Positions 38,504 to 51,523 of a stretch of 64,000 nt of DNA are shown here, one piece after another. The DNA comes from Octopus sinensis (lineage: Eukaryota): assembly GCF_006345805.1 (NCBI RefSeq), contig NC_043016.1, forward strand, positions 27,032,001-27,096,000, written 5' to 3'. The translations under genes and the position numbers were made by a program. Each line of letters begins with the position of its first letter. Position 1 is the first letter of the stretch. The notes beneath the pieces are model-generated. The model saw nothing but the letters and a program-made list of their open reading frames with translations. It had not been told where the DNA came from and did not search any database.

Positions 38504-38548
38504 TAACACCAGGTGAAGGCTGGAGGGTATATCAGCTGAAATGTGTTA
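38504..38548 (+). ncRNA. Degenerate (probably inactive) minimal hammerhead ribozyme of PLE type
   Basis: Order of elements: TAACAC (stem I), CAGGTGA (vs CTGATGA), a, GGCTG, loop, CAGCT (stem II), GAAA, t, GTGTTA (stem I'). Confidence 0.5.
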
Positions 38549-38599
38549 ACAACAAACAAGATGAGGACAAATGTAAATAATCTACATAATTCCTCGTAT

Positions 38600-38860
38600 T
38601 ATCAAGTGTTATCATGACATTATAGAAGGATGTCAACTGATGTTTGTAGGCAAGATGACTGTACTGATGGAATGAAGCATGGATATGATGGGACTGGATG
38701 ATGAGTGTTGGGCAAAATATTGATAGAGGGCACCTGTAACAGATAAAATAAGTGGGAAGAAAACATGATAGCCAGACCTGAGAATATGGAACCTTGTAGA
38801 TTTGCAGATGACAGATGACACAATTTGCCATCTGATGTACTACAGAGACAATTCACTTAT
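38600..38860 (-). mobile_element. Degenerate LINE reverse transcriptase relic
   Basis: - strand LQGSIFSGLA resembles the RT motif PQGSILGP. Confidence 0.4.
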
Positions 38861-39649
38861 ATTAAAATGGATGAGAAAATAGTGTGTATTTGTGTGTGCA
38901 GACATGCATGAATATATAGAACACCTAAATGTGTGTGTGCACATGCATGCATGCAAACAGACACATAAATTATTCCATGTCATTAATGGTAGAAAGCAAG
39001 ATGCCATGGTTACAATAAAACTAAACTAATAAGGGTTCTCATGTTAACGATCTGGCACCCTACCTTACTCCTGCATGCATAATTATTGGTCTTTAATTAC
39101 CCTTTGTATGAAAGTCTCTTCTCTTCAACTCTCTCTCTTTCTCAAACTCTTCTTACATTTCTTGCCACTAATCTGTTAATCTCATCTCATCTCTCTCTCT
39201 CTCTGTTGATATAGAACACGATTGAGTCTTTATTGATAAAATTAACTTCAATAACCTTAATAATTCTCTTGACCAATGTTTAACTTGATCAGATGTTATT
39301 AGAAAAGTAATATAATTGTGATGACTTAGGGATATGCGAATCACTGTTGTATTTTGTCTCAAGAAGGCAACTTTTCCTTTGTGATGGATGTGTGTTCATA
39401 ACTCACTTGATTCATTAAAACATGATTTTAGGACAGTTGGTGTTTCAACATGTATGTCTTGTGCCAGAAGTACCCCCAAAATAACATGAGCTAATGGTCT
39501 TGTTTATAACTTCAGAAAAGAAGAAAAAAACAAAAAAACAAGAAAAAGAAAACTGTTCACTGATCTGTGTTGACAGCTGCCAACTGATAATATATTACCA
39601 TATGCATGGTGAAGAACAAGAATCAAACTAATCCTTTCTTCTATGGGTG

Positions 39650-41675
39650 AAAGTCATGAAACTTTTGCATCAGGGAGTGAGGGGGGTAATCAATTGCATC
39701 GACCTCAGTGCTCGACTAGTACTTATTTTATCAACCCTGAAAAGATGAAAGGCAAAGTAAACCTTAATGGAATTTGAACTTAGAATGTAAAGATAGTTGG
39801 AATGCTGCTTAGCATTTTGTCCAGCGTGCTGGCAACTCTGCCAGCTCACTACCTTAATAAGAATCAAAATGATGACTTGCATATTTATTTTTGCTACCTT
39901 TTTAGACAAGCGAATTAAATTGAAAACCCTTCTGACATGAGCTTCATGTCTACTTCATTTTCTTAATTAATATAAGGCAAAGATAAAAAGCGAATAGCAC
40001 ACCACACTGTCATTTTATGCCAATTTTCTCGTTCTTGCATGGATTAAACGAATCTTTAGTACAGTATCTCACTAATTTTTGTGATCCCCTTTGTCATCTC
40101 TATGAAGTTTACCCTGTCTTAGTTTTTCTTCTTCTACAGGTTTCTTACACTAAAATTGCTTGGCACATTTTATTTTTATCCAACTGCCATCCTTCTTTAC
40201 TCACTATATACATCTGTACTTGCTCAGTCTTCTCTCTCCTGCACATTACATCAAATTCTTCTTATGCCCAGTTTTTCTCTCTACTCATTTATCCTCTGTC
40301 AGTCATGCTTGCCTCATTTCTCTCCTGTCTTTGCATTAAATTCCCATGTTTTGCTATCATGCAACATTACATTTTACACACAACTGTCATGCAAAATGCT
40401 TCTCACTCAGAGAGAGCGAGAAAGAATATTTCTTATTTCTTTACTGCCCACAAGGATCTACACACAGAAGAGACAAACAAGGACAGACAAATGAATTAAC
40501 CCTTTCGTTATTGTATTTATTTTGAGATGCTCTGTGTTTTTTTCAATTACTTTACATATAGCAAAAAATTTAGTAAAATAACTTAGTTATCATTAAGCTA
40601 GTGTTAGGAACAAGGTTTGGTGGAAGATTTTAATTCAGAATGATTGAAAACAACGCATTTGTACTCAGAGACAGAGCCGGTTTTAGCTGGGTTGGTAATG
40701 AAAGGGTTAAGTCGATTATATCGACCCCATTGCTTAACTGGTACTTATTTAATCGACCCCGAAAGAATGAAGGGCAAAGTTGACCTTGGTGGAATTTGAA
40801 CTTAGAATATAACGGTAGATGAAATACTGCTAAGCATTTTGCCCAGCGTGCCCACGTTTCTGCCAGCAAAGATAGTAGCTCACTGAATTTTTTCTATTCT
40901 GCATTCTAATCTGGTTACTATACTGAGGGAATACCCTCCTCTGCTGGTAGATGACTTCTTAAAAAAAAAATAAAGATGCAAGTTCATGTTTTTAAAGCAA
41001 GGAAGTAGATTGACTCCAGTACATTGGTGGTATTTAAACTGCTCATAACTGGCTCAAGTATTCTACCTGTTCAAACCAGTTGGGTCTGGCTTTTTACATC
41101 TATTCTACAATATCATTCTAAAATAAACAAATTATGTCATTAAAATCTTGTAGCTGTGAGATTAATTCAATTAGTTCAAAAATTGGTAGGGTTAGAGAAA
41201 CTCAAAATTCCTCTCTTGACGGAGATTTGAACTCAGAACATCCTTTATAATCTGAAAATAATGGTTTCAAAACGCACAAGACCAGCAATTTGAGGGAAAG
41301 GGATACTGGTACTTATTTTATCAACCCTGAAAGGATGAAAGGCAAAATTGACTGTAGCAGAATTTGAACTCAAAACATAATGACCCAAAAGAAATACTGC
41401 TAAGCAGTTTGTCTGATGCTGCCAGCTTGCTGCCTTCATCATTGAAAATAATTCTTTTTACTATAGGTACAAGGCCTGAACTTTATGGGCAGAGGAATGG
41501 TTGATTATGATTACATTGACTCCCCTTCCCCCAGTGCTTGACTGGTACTTTTTTTTATCGACCCTGAAAGGATGAAAGGCAAAATCGGCTTTGGCAGAAG
41601 TTTGAACTCAGAACTTAAAGTGCATCTAAGTATTTTGTCCAATGCTCTAATGGTTCTGCCAGCTTGTTGCCTTAA
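39650..41675 (-). mobile_element. Cluster of family C SINEs (39650-39856, 40711-40867, 41255-41435, 41450-41675) mixed with other relics; further copies at 44610-44806 (-) and 52340-52565 (+)
   Basis: Recurrent gtacttattttatcaaccctgaaaggatgaaaggcaaa. Confidence 0.75.
40496..40710. mobile_element. piggyBac-type MITE, same family as 13831
   Basis: TTAA|CCCTTTCGTTA...TAATGAAAGGG|TTAA. Confidence 0.85.
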
Positions 41676-44202
41676 CCTGTGAAAGTAATACAAGCTAATA
41701 TATGTAGAATGTAACAGTGAAGGAAAAGGAGTATAGTTAAATAACTACGCTTCACCACCATACTTGCTTATTTTATTGATTCTGGTAAAATGAAAGGAGT
41801 AAAGTCGATCTCATGAAAATGAGGGCAGAAAATTATAGTCTTAAGGTGTAGTGCTATCTCTGACAGACGAGAACTAGAATTTTATGGTATACGTGAGTAG
41901 TTAAACAAGCTGTGCAGCTATGAAACAGAAACCATGGACTATTGAAATGGTTCACTAGAAGCAGCTTACTATCTAAGGAACATGATTACTTTTAGTGGTG
42001 GTGGTAGTGATGGGAGTGAGGGTGTGTAGCTAGTTGCTAGGTAGGATATTTAAGTAGTGTTGGTGGTGGTAGTAGAAGGGAGTTCAGTGAACTGATACCT
42101 TTCGAGGCAATCACATAAATACAATCCAGTACATATTAAATAACTTGTCTATATATTTTGCTGGCAGTGATAGCATATCAAGATACCCTTCTGTCTATCA
42201 TCTTCTTTAGCTGTTTTAGATATTGGTTTCACAAACCAGTGGCCTGTAGTAAAAGGAGAAGCTCTCTGCAGCTGATATCCCTGCTAAAAACAGTAATCAA
42301 GCCTTGCTCAATTCACATACTCTGCCTTAGAAATGGACACATTGGATATTTATTGTAGTCTTGAGTGTACTATACTTATGAAAAAAGGAGGTATGGTCAT
42401 AACTGGAATGCTTTTGATCAGCAGTCTGGCCTGGGAGCTATCTTTGCATAAACACACCCATGCAGTGGCACATTAAAAGCACCCAGCACACTCTATAAAG
42501 TGGTTGGTATTAGGAAAGGCATCCAGCCATAGAAACTATGCCACAACAAGCAGTTGGAGTTTGGACAGCTCCCTGCTAACCAGCTCCATGTCAAACCATC
42601 CAACCCATGCTAGCATGGAGGGTGGATGTTAAACGATGATAATAACTTTATTTCTGTAATGATGGGCATGGCTGCATAGTATGACATTTGCTTCCCAACT
42701 ATATGGTCTTGGATTCAATCCTACTGCATGGCACCTTTGGCAAGTGTCTTCTGCTTTAATCCTAGGTTGACCAAGGTCATATGAGTGGTTTTGGCAGATA
42801 GAACTGTAGAAGCTGTGTGTGTGTTACTGTATCTTTGCCTTGACAGTTGTGTCACCATCACGCAAGTGGTGTCCTTTGTTTCCTGTCTTTTAAGACATAT
42901 CTGGTCATGGAGAAATATTATTTTCACTTGGGAACAGGAAGGGCATCCGGTCATTACAAAATCTGCCTCAATAAATTCCACCTTGACTCGTGGAAGCACA
43001 GAAAAGTGGACATTAAATGATGATGAATGAGTTTTCAAAATTGCTGCATCTTTGCGAAAGAGATTTATCTTCCTGAATTCTTACATGGACCCAACCATGT
43101 GCAGATATATTCTCAATCCTGTAACATATGAGAATAACTTAATTCCTGGATAACTTGACTTTAGAGCTCGAGTGGGAAACAATGAGTGAGTAAGGGAAAG
43201 GAGGAAGTGTGTGAGTGAGAGATTATGGAGTGAGAAAGAGAAGGAAGTGTGTGAGTGTGAGAGAGAGGTGTGGAATAAATATGTGAAAAAATAGATAGTG
43301 ATGCTTTTGGGATGAGAGTCTTTTAGTACTTTACAGAAGTAATTTCATTCAGTGTTTAAATCTCATAGGGTTTTAACTTTGCCTTTATATCTAATCAGAG
43401 ATTGGTAAAATAAGTACAGGTAATATACTTGGGGTTGATTTAATCATCTGTATGTAATTCAACATTCTCAACATACCATTGACTACTCTTTCTCTCTAGA
43501 ATCAGAAAGTACTTCAGTTTCCTGCAATTATTCACTACAGAGACCAACAGTGGTATAGCATTCTCATATCCAGAATAGTGTTGTTACTCACACACTCATA
43601 TCCTAAGGGCTGAGTCTTAGACTGCCCTTCCTTTGAGGCTACAAAATTCTACAGGTTCTTACAATTACTTGTTACAAAAATCAGGGGAGACCCACAACAT
43701 GCACAGATATTCTAAGGTTGTATCCTGAAGATTGACTATTTTGGGCCATAAAAATCCTGAGCTTCCTACAATTACTCTCCCCTAAAGACTAGGTGAGGTC
43801 TGCAAAGGCTGTAACCACATCTTTCTTTAGATCAATTAAATCCCATTAAAAAAAAATTAATAAGTAAATCCTTTAAAAAAATTTGTCTTTGAAAAACATT
43901 TGGGTTAGGTTAAGCAAATGAGAGGAATTTCATATTCCTTAGCATACAAAAACACAATGCATATTTTTAGTTCACTAAAGTATAGAGATAAGAACTAATT
44001 AATTCAAAAACAAATATTTGAATCAGTCATATGAATAAGTTGGTGAAGAGACTTCAGAGTTAGAAATTAAATATTCATTCCTTACATTAGTACAAAGATG
44101 TCAAATATGTGGAGATAGAGCAGCAGCAGTAGTGCTAAATATGATATTCTTTGCTGAAGGATATCAGCAATTTAAAATGAATCTAGTTATAGGATTAGTG
44201 GA

Positions 44203-44430
44203 GGCTCGTGGCTTAGTGGTTAGGATGTTGGACTCATGATCGTAAGATTTTGATTTCAATTTCTGGACTGGGCAACACATTGTGTTCTTGAACCAAACAC
44301 TTCATGTTGCTCCACTTCACTCAGTTGGCAAAAATGAGTAATCCTGCGATTGACTGGTGTCCTATCCAGGTGGGGAATATATACGCCATTGAAACCAGCC
44401 CTCATGAGCCTGGCATTGCTTGAGAAGGAA
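44203..44430 (+). mobile_element. SINE related to family B (shared head and central domain, different tail)
   Basis: TGGCTTAGTGG A box; contains ttgtgttcttgaacc and gctccacttcactcag. Confidence 0.7.
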
Positions 44431-45144
44431 ACATAAAATAATATAATTATAGGATTATCATTACTTTAAAGCTTCCTCCAAAAATGGTGTAGTGTCATGA
44501 CTTAAGTGGAATTTCACTTTGTAGTGTTGGGAGTAGCAAACTAAATATGGCAAGGTTATTTTTGTTGATTATTAAAGATTCTGTCACATGAAATTAAGTT
44601 AAAATAATTCTTTCTAATTTTGGCACAATTTTGAAGAGAAAGGGGCAAGTTGATAACATCAACTGCAGTACATGATAGGTACTTATCTTAGATACCCTGA
44701 AAGGAAGAAAGACAAAGTTGACCACTGCAGAGCTTGAACTCACACTTGGAAGAAATGCCAGTAAGCATTTTGTCCTATGCACTAAAAATTCTGCCAGCTT
44801 GCTGCCTTTTAATTTAGTTAAGATAATGCCATGTGAAGAGTGAGAATATTCTGGAATTGGAGGAATCAGATTCTTGAATAAATATGTGTTAATAAATACA
44901 ATCAAGCCTCAGATAACTGAATTTTGGATTATTAATAACAACATATCAAAATCCTGTAATTATGTTTAGTATGGTTTTTGCTGTTTACTATTAGATCAAT
45001 TATAGAAACTAATTACTCCCCACCTGTTTAATTTGGATAATCAAGTTCTAAAATTTACCCGAGGTGGTTTCTTTTGGCCTAAATTCATACAAGCCAATGA
45101 GTAAGCCTCTGTCTTGTTGTTTGACAAACCACATCTAACTTCCT

Positions 45145-45725
45145 TAACCCTTTTGTTACCATATCTCTGTTAAAGCACACTGCCTCTGTTTCAATTAATT
45201 TTGAAAATAATGAATTCAATGCAATAATCTTACCGTTATAAAAATGGTTTTTGAAACAAATTAATGATTTGTAAATGTAATGTAAAAACAGCAAGTTTGT
45301 ATCCTAGAACAAAGTGATTGATCTCAAGCAAGTAATTATCAAAAAGGTTAATCCTTTTGATACCAAACTTCCTGAGACTGCTCTTGATTCTGTGGTACAG
45401 GTTTTCTATTTTAAAGTTGTCTAAATTAAAACTTCCTATTAAAAATGTCATGTTAATTTATGTTCTAAACACTTGCTTAATGACAGTTATTTTATGATAT
45501 TCATTATTTTTTAAATAAATTAAAAGAAAAACAATATATTTTAATAGTAATATGGTAACTAAAGTGTTAAAGTGATTCAAATGAAAACTTTTCAAAATTT
45601 CATGTTAATTTGTTTCAAACACCAGATTAATAGTGACAGTTGTGTTGCTATATTCTTCATTATCTTTGAAACTTGAAAAAAAGTAAATACTGATTTCAAC
45701 AGAAATTTGATAGTAAAAGGATTAA
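45145..45725. mobile_element. Cluster of older TTAA-MITE family 3; other copies near 9443, 21690, 21915, 25285, 32880, 35080, 47875 and 62722
   Basis: Recurrent aatttcatgttaatttatgttccaaacaccagcttaat...gtatttcaacagaaatatggtaacaaaagggttaa. Confidence 0.7.
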
Positions 45726-47282
45726 GGGAAAATGCTGAAGGAAAGGATGAATTAGACACCCTTGAAAAAGATAGGATGGCCAGCACCAAGATGAATTTGA
45801 TCATAGGTCTACTTTGATAATTGTTGACCTGGTACTCAACAGTAACAACATAAATGGACACAAGGAGTGTTGTTAGTTTAACTTATTTAACCTCCCTGTG
45901 CTACTAAACATGTGATAATGTGATGACCTAGAGAAAAGTAAAAAAATTTTTCTAGTGCATGATGAAATTCTTACAAGGAATATCTCTGATAATAATGGCA
46001 TTTCTTGGAATGCAACCACCCCACATCCTCTCTGCTTGTTTGCATGTATTTGTGTATGCGTGTGTTGATGTGTATGAAAAAGAAGTTATTAAGTACTTGC
46101 CTCGAGGTTTGTGTGTGTGTGTGTGTGTGTGTAGAAAAAAACTAGGAACAACAAAATCTAAAAAGTATAAAAGAAGTATTTTACTCTCATTTATTCTAAT
46201 ATTGTTAGCCATTTTTTTCTCTCAATTTAGACAACATACTGTCTGTTGCATCAACCATTCAAAACATGATGTGACATGCTCAATTTAAATTTTCTCTCTA
46301 CAAAATGTTTTTGCTTTTATTTTTTTTAATTTTTAATGAAATATAAATATGAAGGGGAATTTTTTTTTTTTTTTTTGGTTTATCAAAGAGTACATCTGTT
46401 TAGATAGTTAATGGGAATGTAATTGAAGTGACATAATTATAATGATGTCTAATGTTACTTTTATCCATGTTAGGATGATGGGTAAATAGGTCCAGCCCCA
46501 ATGTATTAAAACCCCCACCCCCACACCAAGAATAACAACAAAATCAGATGTATAGTAACATGTGTTGGGTCTTGTACATGGAACGCATTGTAATTGGGTG
46601 TAGTTTACTGTCTTCATATTGAAAACCTGAAAATTGCATGTGAGTCTTAAAGATAATGGGTTTGGTTGAGTGGTGAAATTAAGACACTAAGTCTATTGCA
46701 GAACTTTTGGTCCCTGTATGGAGTAGGTTGTGTGATTTCTTTGAAGGTTTCTCACTGACTTGTGTGGTCCCTATTTTTTTTTCTTTTTTAAAGAAAATAG
46801 GGGTACTGTTGAAAGAAATCTGATTGCTTAAAAGTTTCCTCACTGGGTTATGTGGTTTCTTTTTTATAAGGCTGCTTTGAAGGAAAATTCACCTTTACAT
46901 TGAGCTTGTTTAGAACAGCAGAGAAGCCCTCTCACTGACCTGTGAGTAGTTAACACTTAAGTCAACCATTTGATCTTTATTTCTTGTTCTGGCCTTCAGC
47001 AAAACACATAGACTAGGAAAGCCATATATTTTTCTTTACTCATCTAGAGGATAGGTTTTGGGTTGAGAAAAAGATATTACTTTCAACAGAAGTAGTTAAA
47101 CCATGTAAACTAGAATCATATATCTATGGCACATAAAAATGATCTTCATCTCTCTTTAATATTAAAGATGGAGATGAATAATGGATTTATGAAATCTATA
47201 TAATTAAAAGAATGATTAAAATGAAGGGTGGGGGAAGGAAAAACTGGAAAAGAACCATATCAGTTCAGACAAATATAATGAA

Positions 47283-47652
47283 CTAGCAGTATCGCCCGGC
47301 GTTGCTCAGGTTTGTAAGGGAAATAACTATAAAGCATTTTTAGAGAGTTATAGCAAAAAATAGCAAAAAAATGATAGTAAATTTTTTTGAGAGTTAAAAA
47401 AGGTGGAGTTGCGTCCCCTAGACGGTCTGTGGTTTGGGTTTCTGATTCTCGACCCCATGTCGAATTTATCGATTTTTTTCAGAACTGGGGGAACTTTTCA
47501 AAATTTCGCTGCGTTAGTTTTGAATTATGACATTGGGCTATGTGTGTGTCAAGTTTCATCAGAATCGGTTGAAAGCCGTGGTCAGAGTGAGGGTACGAGA
47601 AAACAGACACACAGAAAACGCACAGACAAACTGCCGTTTATATAGAGAGAGA
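47283..47652 (-). mobile_element. Young non-autonomous Helitron
   Basis: On - strand begins TC (A|TCTCTCTCTATATAAA) and ends with a GC hairpin (cctgagcaacgccgggcg) followed by CTAG|T; inserted between A and T with no TSD; CpG-rich. Confidence 0.88.
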
Positions 47653-49719
47653 TAATGAAAGTCAAAAATATTGAATAGTGTGTGTGTGTGTGTGTGTGTG
47701 TGTTATGTGACAGGTTCCATTTGGTTACTGAAACCTAAAAGAATGAGCAATGATATGGTGTTTCTTTTTTTCTTTTTCTCCCCCACACCAAGAAATATGA
47801 TTAATGATTAGTAAGTATAGCTGGTTAGAAGAATTTGCCAGAGAGTTGTAATACATCTTTTATTTCTTATAGGCTTTAATCTTTTTGGCACTAATCTGCC
47901 TTAAACCATCCCTAGTACCTATGATGTAAACTCACTGTTTCAAAATGATTCTTAATTAACACCTTCAATCAAAATTTAATGCTCCAAACATCAGCTTCAT
48001 ATAGACTAAGTTATTTGACTAAACTCATTATTTTCAAAATTTAACAGAAGGGTTAAGAATGATCAAAATGAGAATTTTAACTAAATTTCAAATTGTTTTG
48101 AATGTCAACTTAATATAACGATAAAGTTATTTTAATAAGCTCTGTATCTTTTTTCACAGTTTAATTTAAACAAAGTATGTCCCAACAGAATTATGGTAAC
48201 AGAGGGGTTAAATCAGTTTCACAAAGAAAAGATCTTGGAATGAAATTTTATTCCTTTTATACCATACTCATTTTTCAGCTTGGTAACAAAGTATTTTAGC
48301 TATTTTTGTATATCTCTAGAAAACACACATCTAAGTTTCCTTCAGTTACAAATACCATTGTCATTCAATACACTTAATACAAGATTCCATGTTTCAGCTC
48401 ATTGATGTATTTACATCTTGTACAATGGTATCATGACAGTTATTTATTCAAGTCAAGAGGACTCTTGCCTTTTGAAGAAGAATATTTCCATAACAATTAA
48501 TAATCTAGTCACACCAGCACATTGCAATAACTCATTCTCTATAAACCATATAACTAATGGATATCTCAGCTTTACAATAACTTTCTACAGCTGTTGATGA
48601 CTTTACAATAATTACCATAAAATTAATGCAGTAATTTTATAATTACATGAATTATCTGATATGCTTCATGATGGTTTTTAGTTGTTTTTTCTTCCCAAAC
48701 AGCTGGATATCTTCTATATTGTTAATTGTTGTTTTAGGCTGTCACTGTTAAACCTCTGGTTGGCTCTGATCAATCAGATGTATGGTCAAAGGCAATCCAA
48801 CTATGACCATACACATTTTTTTTTTCAAGATGCATCTATGGCTATATGATAAGAAGTTTGCTTTCCAATCACATGGCTTTTGGTTTAGCCCTACTGTGTC
48901 ACCTTGGGTTAGTGTCTTTTGTTAGAGTTCTGGGCTGATCAAAGCCTTATAATTTGGAGACAGGAATCGTGTGGAAACTTGTGTGTTTGTATATAGCTGG
49001 TTTCATCTACCATCCCTATCTCCTTGTTGACTTTCTTCAGTTGTTTGTGTTCTAGACCAATCTCCTGCAGGAAATAGCATACCACTCCAGCTGGAAAGTT
49101 GTGGTAGCTGACAACAGGGGCCTTGTCAACCAGCTTGATCTTGATATTTAGTTTTCTTTAGCCGGTGAGACCTATTGAGTTTGTCCTCTCAGGGTAATGT
49201 AATTTCAACCACAATGATGATTGTTTTTGTATTCCTGGGGAGCAGGAACAAGTCTAGTTGGAGTGATGTTATTGCTAGCTTTTCTAGTAAGACAAGCCTG
49301 CCCTTCAGGAACACTTAGATTTCACAGTATGAGGCAGGATGAAAATAAAATATGGGTCCCATGCCATTGCTTTCATCTTAAGAGACTCTTCTGTTATATT
49401 GCAGATCCCCTAAGAATCTGCTACCTCTGGCTGGTGATGGCTAGTGTTTGTTAGCTTTAACCCTTTAGTATTCAAACTGTCTGATTCAGGCCTCTCTCAC
49501 CTACCCTACAATGTCATTTTAAAAATAAACAATCATATCATTGAAGTTTCAAAGCCACAAGATAATGTGTGATAAATTCAATACAATGTAAATGAATGAG
49601 TATTGCATTTGATAGAGTGATCTGAATGCTAAAGTGTTAAGCCTTTGCAGGCCTGTCCATTTGGCAATTTCTACAAGAAATTTGTTCCATTAAATGAAGG
49701 ATGGACTTGGGCAACTTGG

Positions 49720-50296
49720 TGTCACAGCAGCCATATTCCTGCCACTCTATGTCACGCTGGTGAGACCCATATTGGAGTATGGGATTCAAGCCTCTTCTCC
49801 TTATCTCCTCAAAGACATACAGCACCTCGAAAGAGTCCAGAGGCTGGCTACCCGCCTGGTCATGGTCTCAAAAATTTGTCCTACGAAGAAAGGCTGAGGA
49901 CGCTCGACCTTTATTCTCTTGAAAAACGCCGCCGCCGTGGTGATCTCATTCTCGCCCACAACATCATAAGCGGGAAGTGTAACCTCTCGAAAGAGCTGTT
50001 CTTCACTCCTGCTCCGGAGCGTCGGCTGCGGGGTCATTCCGAAAAGCTCTACCTGCGACGATTTCATCTCAATCGAAGGAGAGGAGCTTTCTCCGTCCGG
50101 GTTGCAGATCCGTGGAACAAGCTGCCAGATGAGATGGTGAAGATGCCAACGACCGCTTTGTTCAAAGCCTCCCTTGACCTCAAGTGGCCTGAACTCTTTA
50201 CATGAACACCACCCTGTACTTAACTCCATGTCCCCCTACATGGCCTTGCTATTTGCTTTTGAGCCAAATTAACTAACTAACTAACTAACTAACTAA
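49720..50296 (+). mobile_element. Young 5'-truncated CR1 LINE 3' end with (TAAC)n tail; one frameshift near 49860
   Basis: LYVTLVRPILEYG...LERVQRLATRLV, then LSYEERLRTLDLYSLEKRRRRGDLI...RLRGHSEKL...FSVRVADPWNKLP; CpG-rich. Confidence 0.93.
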
Positions 50297-50689
50297 CCCT
50301 TTAGCATTTAAACCATTCATATCCAGCCAAAATATTGTACCTGTTTTATGTTCAAATCAGCTACATTCTGCCCTCTCACACTTCTGCTTTAATGTTATTC
50401 TAAAAATAAGCAATTGCATCATCAACATTTCAGAACAAGAAGATGCATGATTGATTCAAAACAATGTGGATAAATATTTCATTTGATATAAAAATCTGAA
50501 TGCTTCACTTTTGGTGAAGGATATGACATCTTCATCAAGTAATTCATTTTCCTTTTGACCACCTTCAGTGGTTATGAAAATACTTAAGAATGATATAACA
50601 AAAAAAAAGGGGGTGGGGTGCAGACTAGTGTTGCAGTGAGCTTGGTTATCAACATGAGTAGCTACTGTTTCCTTGAGCAAGAATTTTTT

Positions 50690-51052
50690 TTTTTTTTTTT
50701 TTACTTGTTTCAGTCATTTGACTGTGGCCGTGCTGGAGCACCACCTTTAGTCGAGCAAATCAACTCCAGGACTTATTCTTTGTATGCCTACTACTTATTC
50801 TCTTGGCCTCCTTTGCCGAACCACTAAGTTACGGGGACGTAAACACACCCACATCGGTTGTCAAGCAATGTTGGGGGGACAAACACACACACACACGACA
50901 GGCTTCTTTCAGTTTTTGTTTACCAAATCCACTCACAAAGCTTTGATCAGCCCGAGGCTATAGTAGAAGACACTTGTCCAAGGTGCCACGCAGTGGGAAT
51001 GATCCCAGAACCATGTGGTTGGCAAGCAAGCTACTTACCACACAGCCACTCT
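50690..51052 (-). mobile_element. SINE family A copy
   Basis: Head, core and tail motifs present. Further degraded copies near 2085, 10210, 10520, 16790, 18280, 18830, 22440, 28670, 42665, 48830, 53280, 54020 and 58930. Confidence 0.85.
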
Positions 51053-51475
51053 TGTGCCTATAGAATTGTAAAGAATAAATTAATTCATTGACTTTTGTAA
51101 CTTCTATATTTAATAAGGAAACAAATTTGTATATTATCATATTGGATTTTCTCTTAACTCTTTGTATTTCAATAATTATTAATGTTTGACACTTGCTCAA
51201 TAAACTTCAGACGCACATTGCAAGTTGTGGTGTCTCAGAATTTTATGACCTAAGAACTTGTAATGTATGCCTGTGTTGGTGTTGGGTGGGGTGAAGTAGA
51301 ATGGTAATGAGTTGAAGCATCAAAGATAGCCCCCCCCCCATAGGTGGGGAATTATCACCACCATCATCATGTGATCATCATTCATCATCATTCTTACTCT
51401 TAACACTTCCATCATTGCCAATTCATAATGTGAAATTAGGTTTGTTTTCCAGGAAGTTACTATGTAGCAGTTGTT

Positions 51476-51523
<48 letters not shown>

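Larger units (their letters stand above)
37880..38595 (+). mobile_element. Penelope-like element 3' fragment: GIY-YIG endonuclease pseudogene followed by pseudo-LTR-like sequence
   Basis: One frame reads LPYVKGLSEKI...FKSNTTL...MYSIPCSCGRLYKGET...LKIKVEQH...KSGIADHAW..GDH..W...KII...KLKEA with 4 in-frame stops; this is the PLE endonuclease pattern (VY.IPC.C...YIGET). Confidence 0.9.

Noticed and set aside
50268-50296. (TAAC)n as a telomeric repeat
   Set aside because: It is the CR1 3' tail, not TTAGGG
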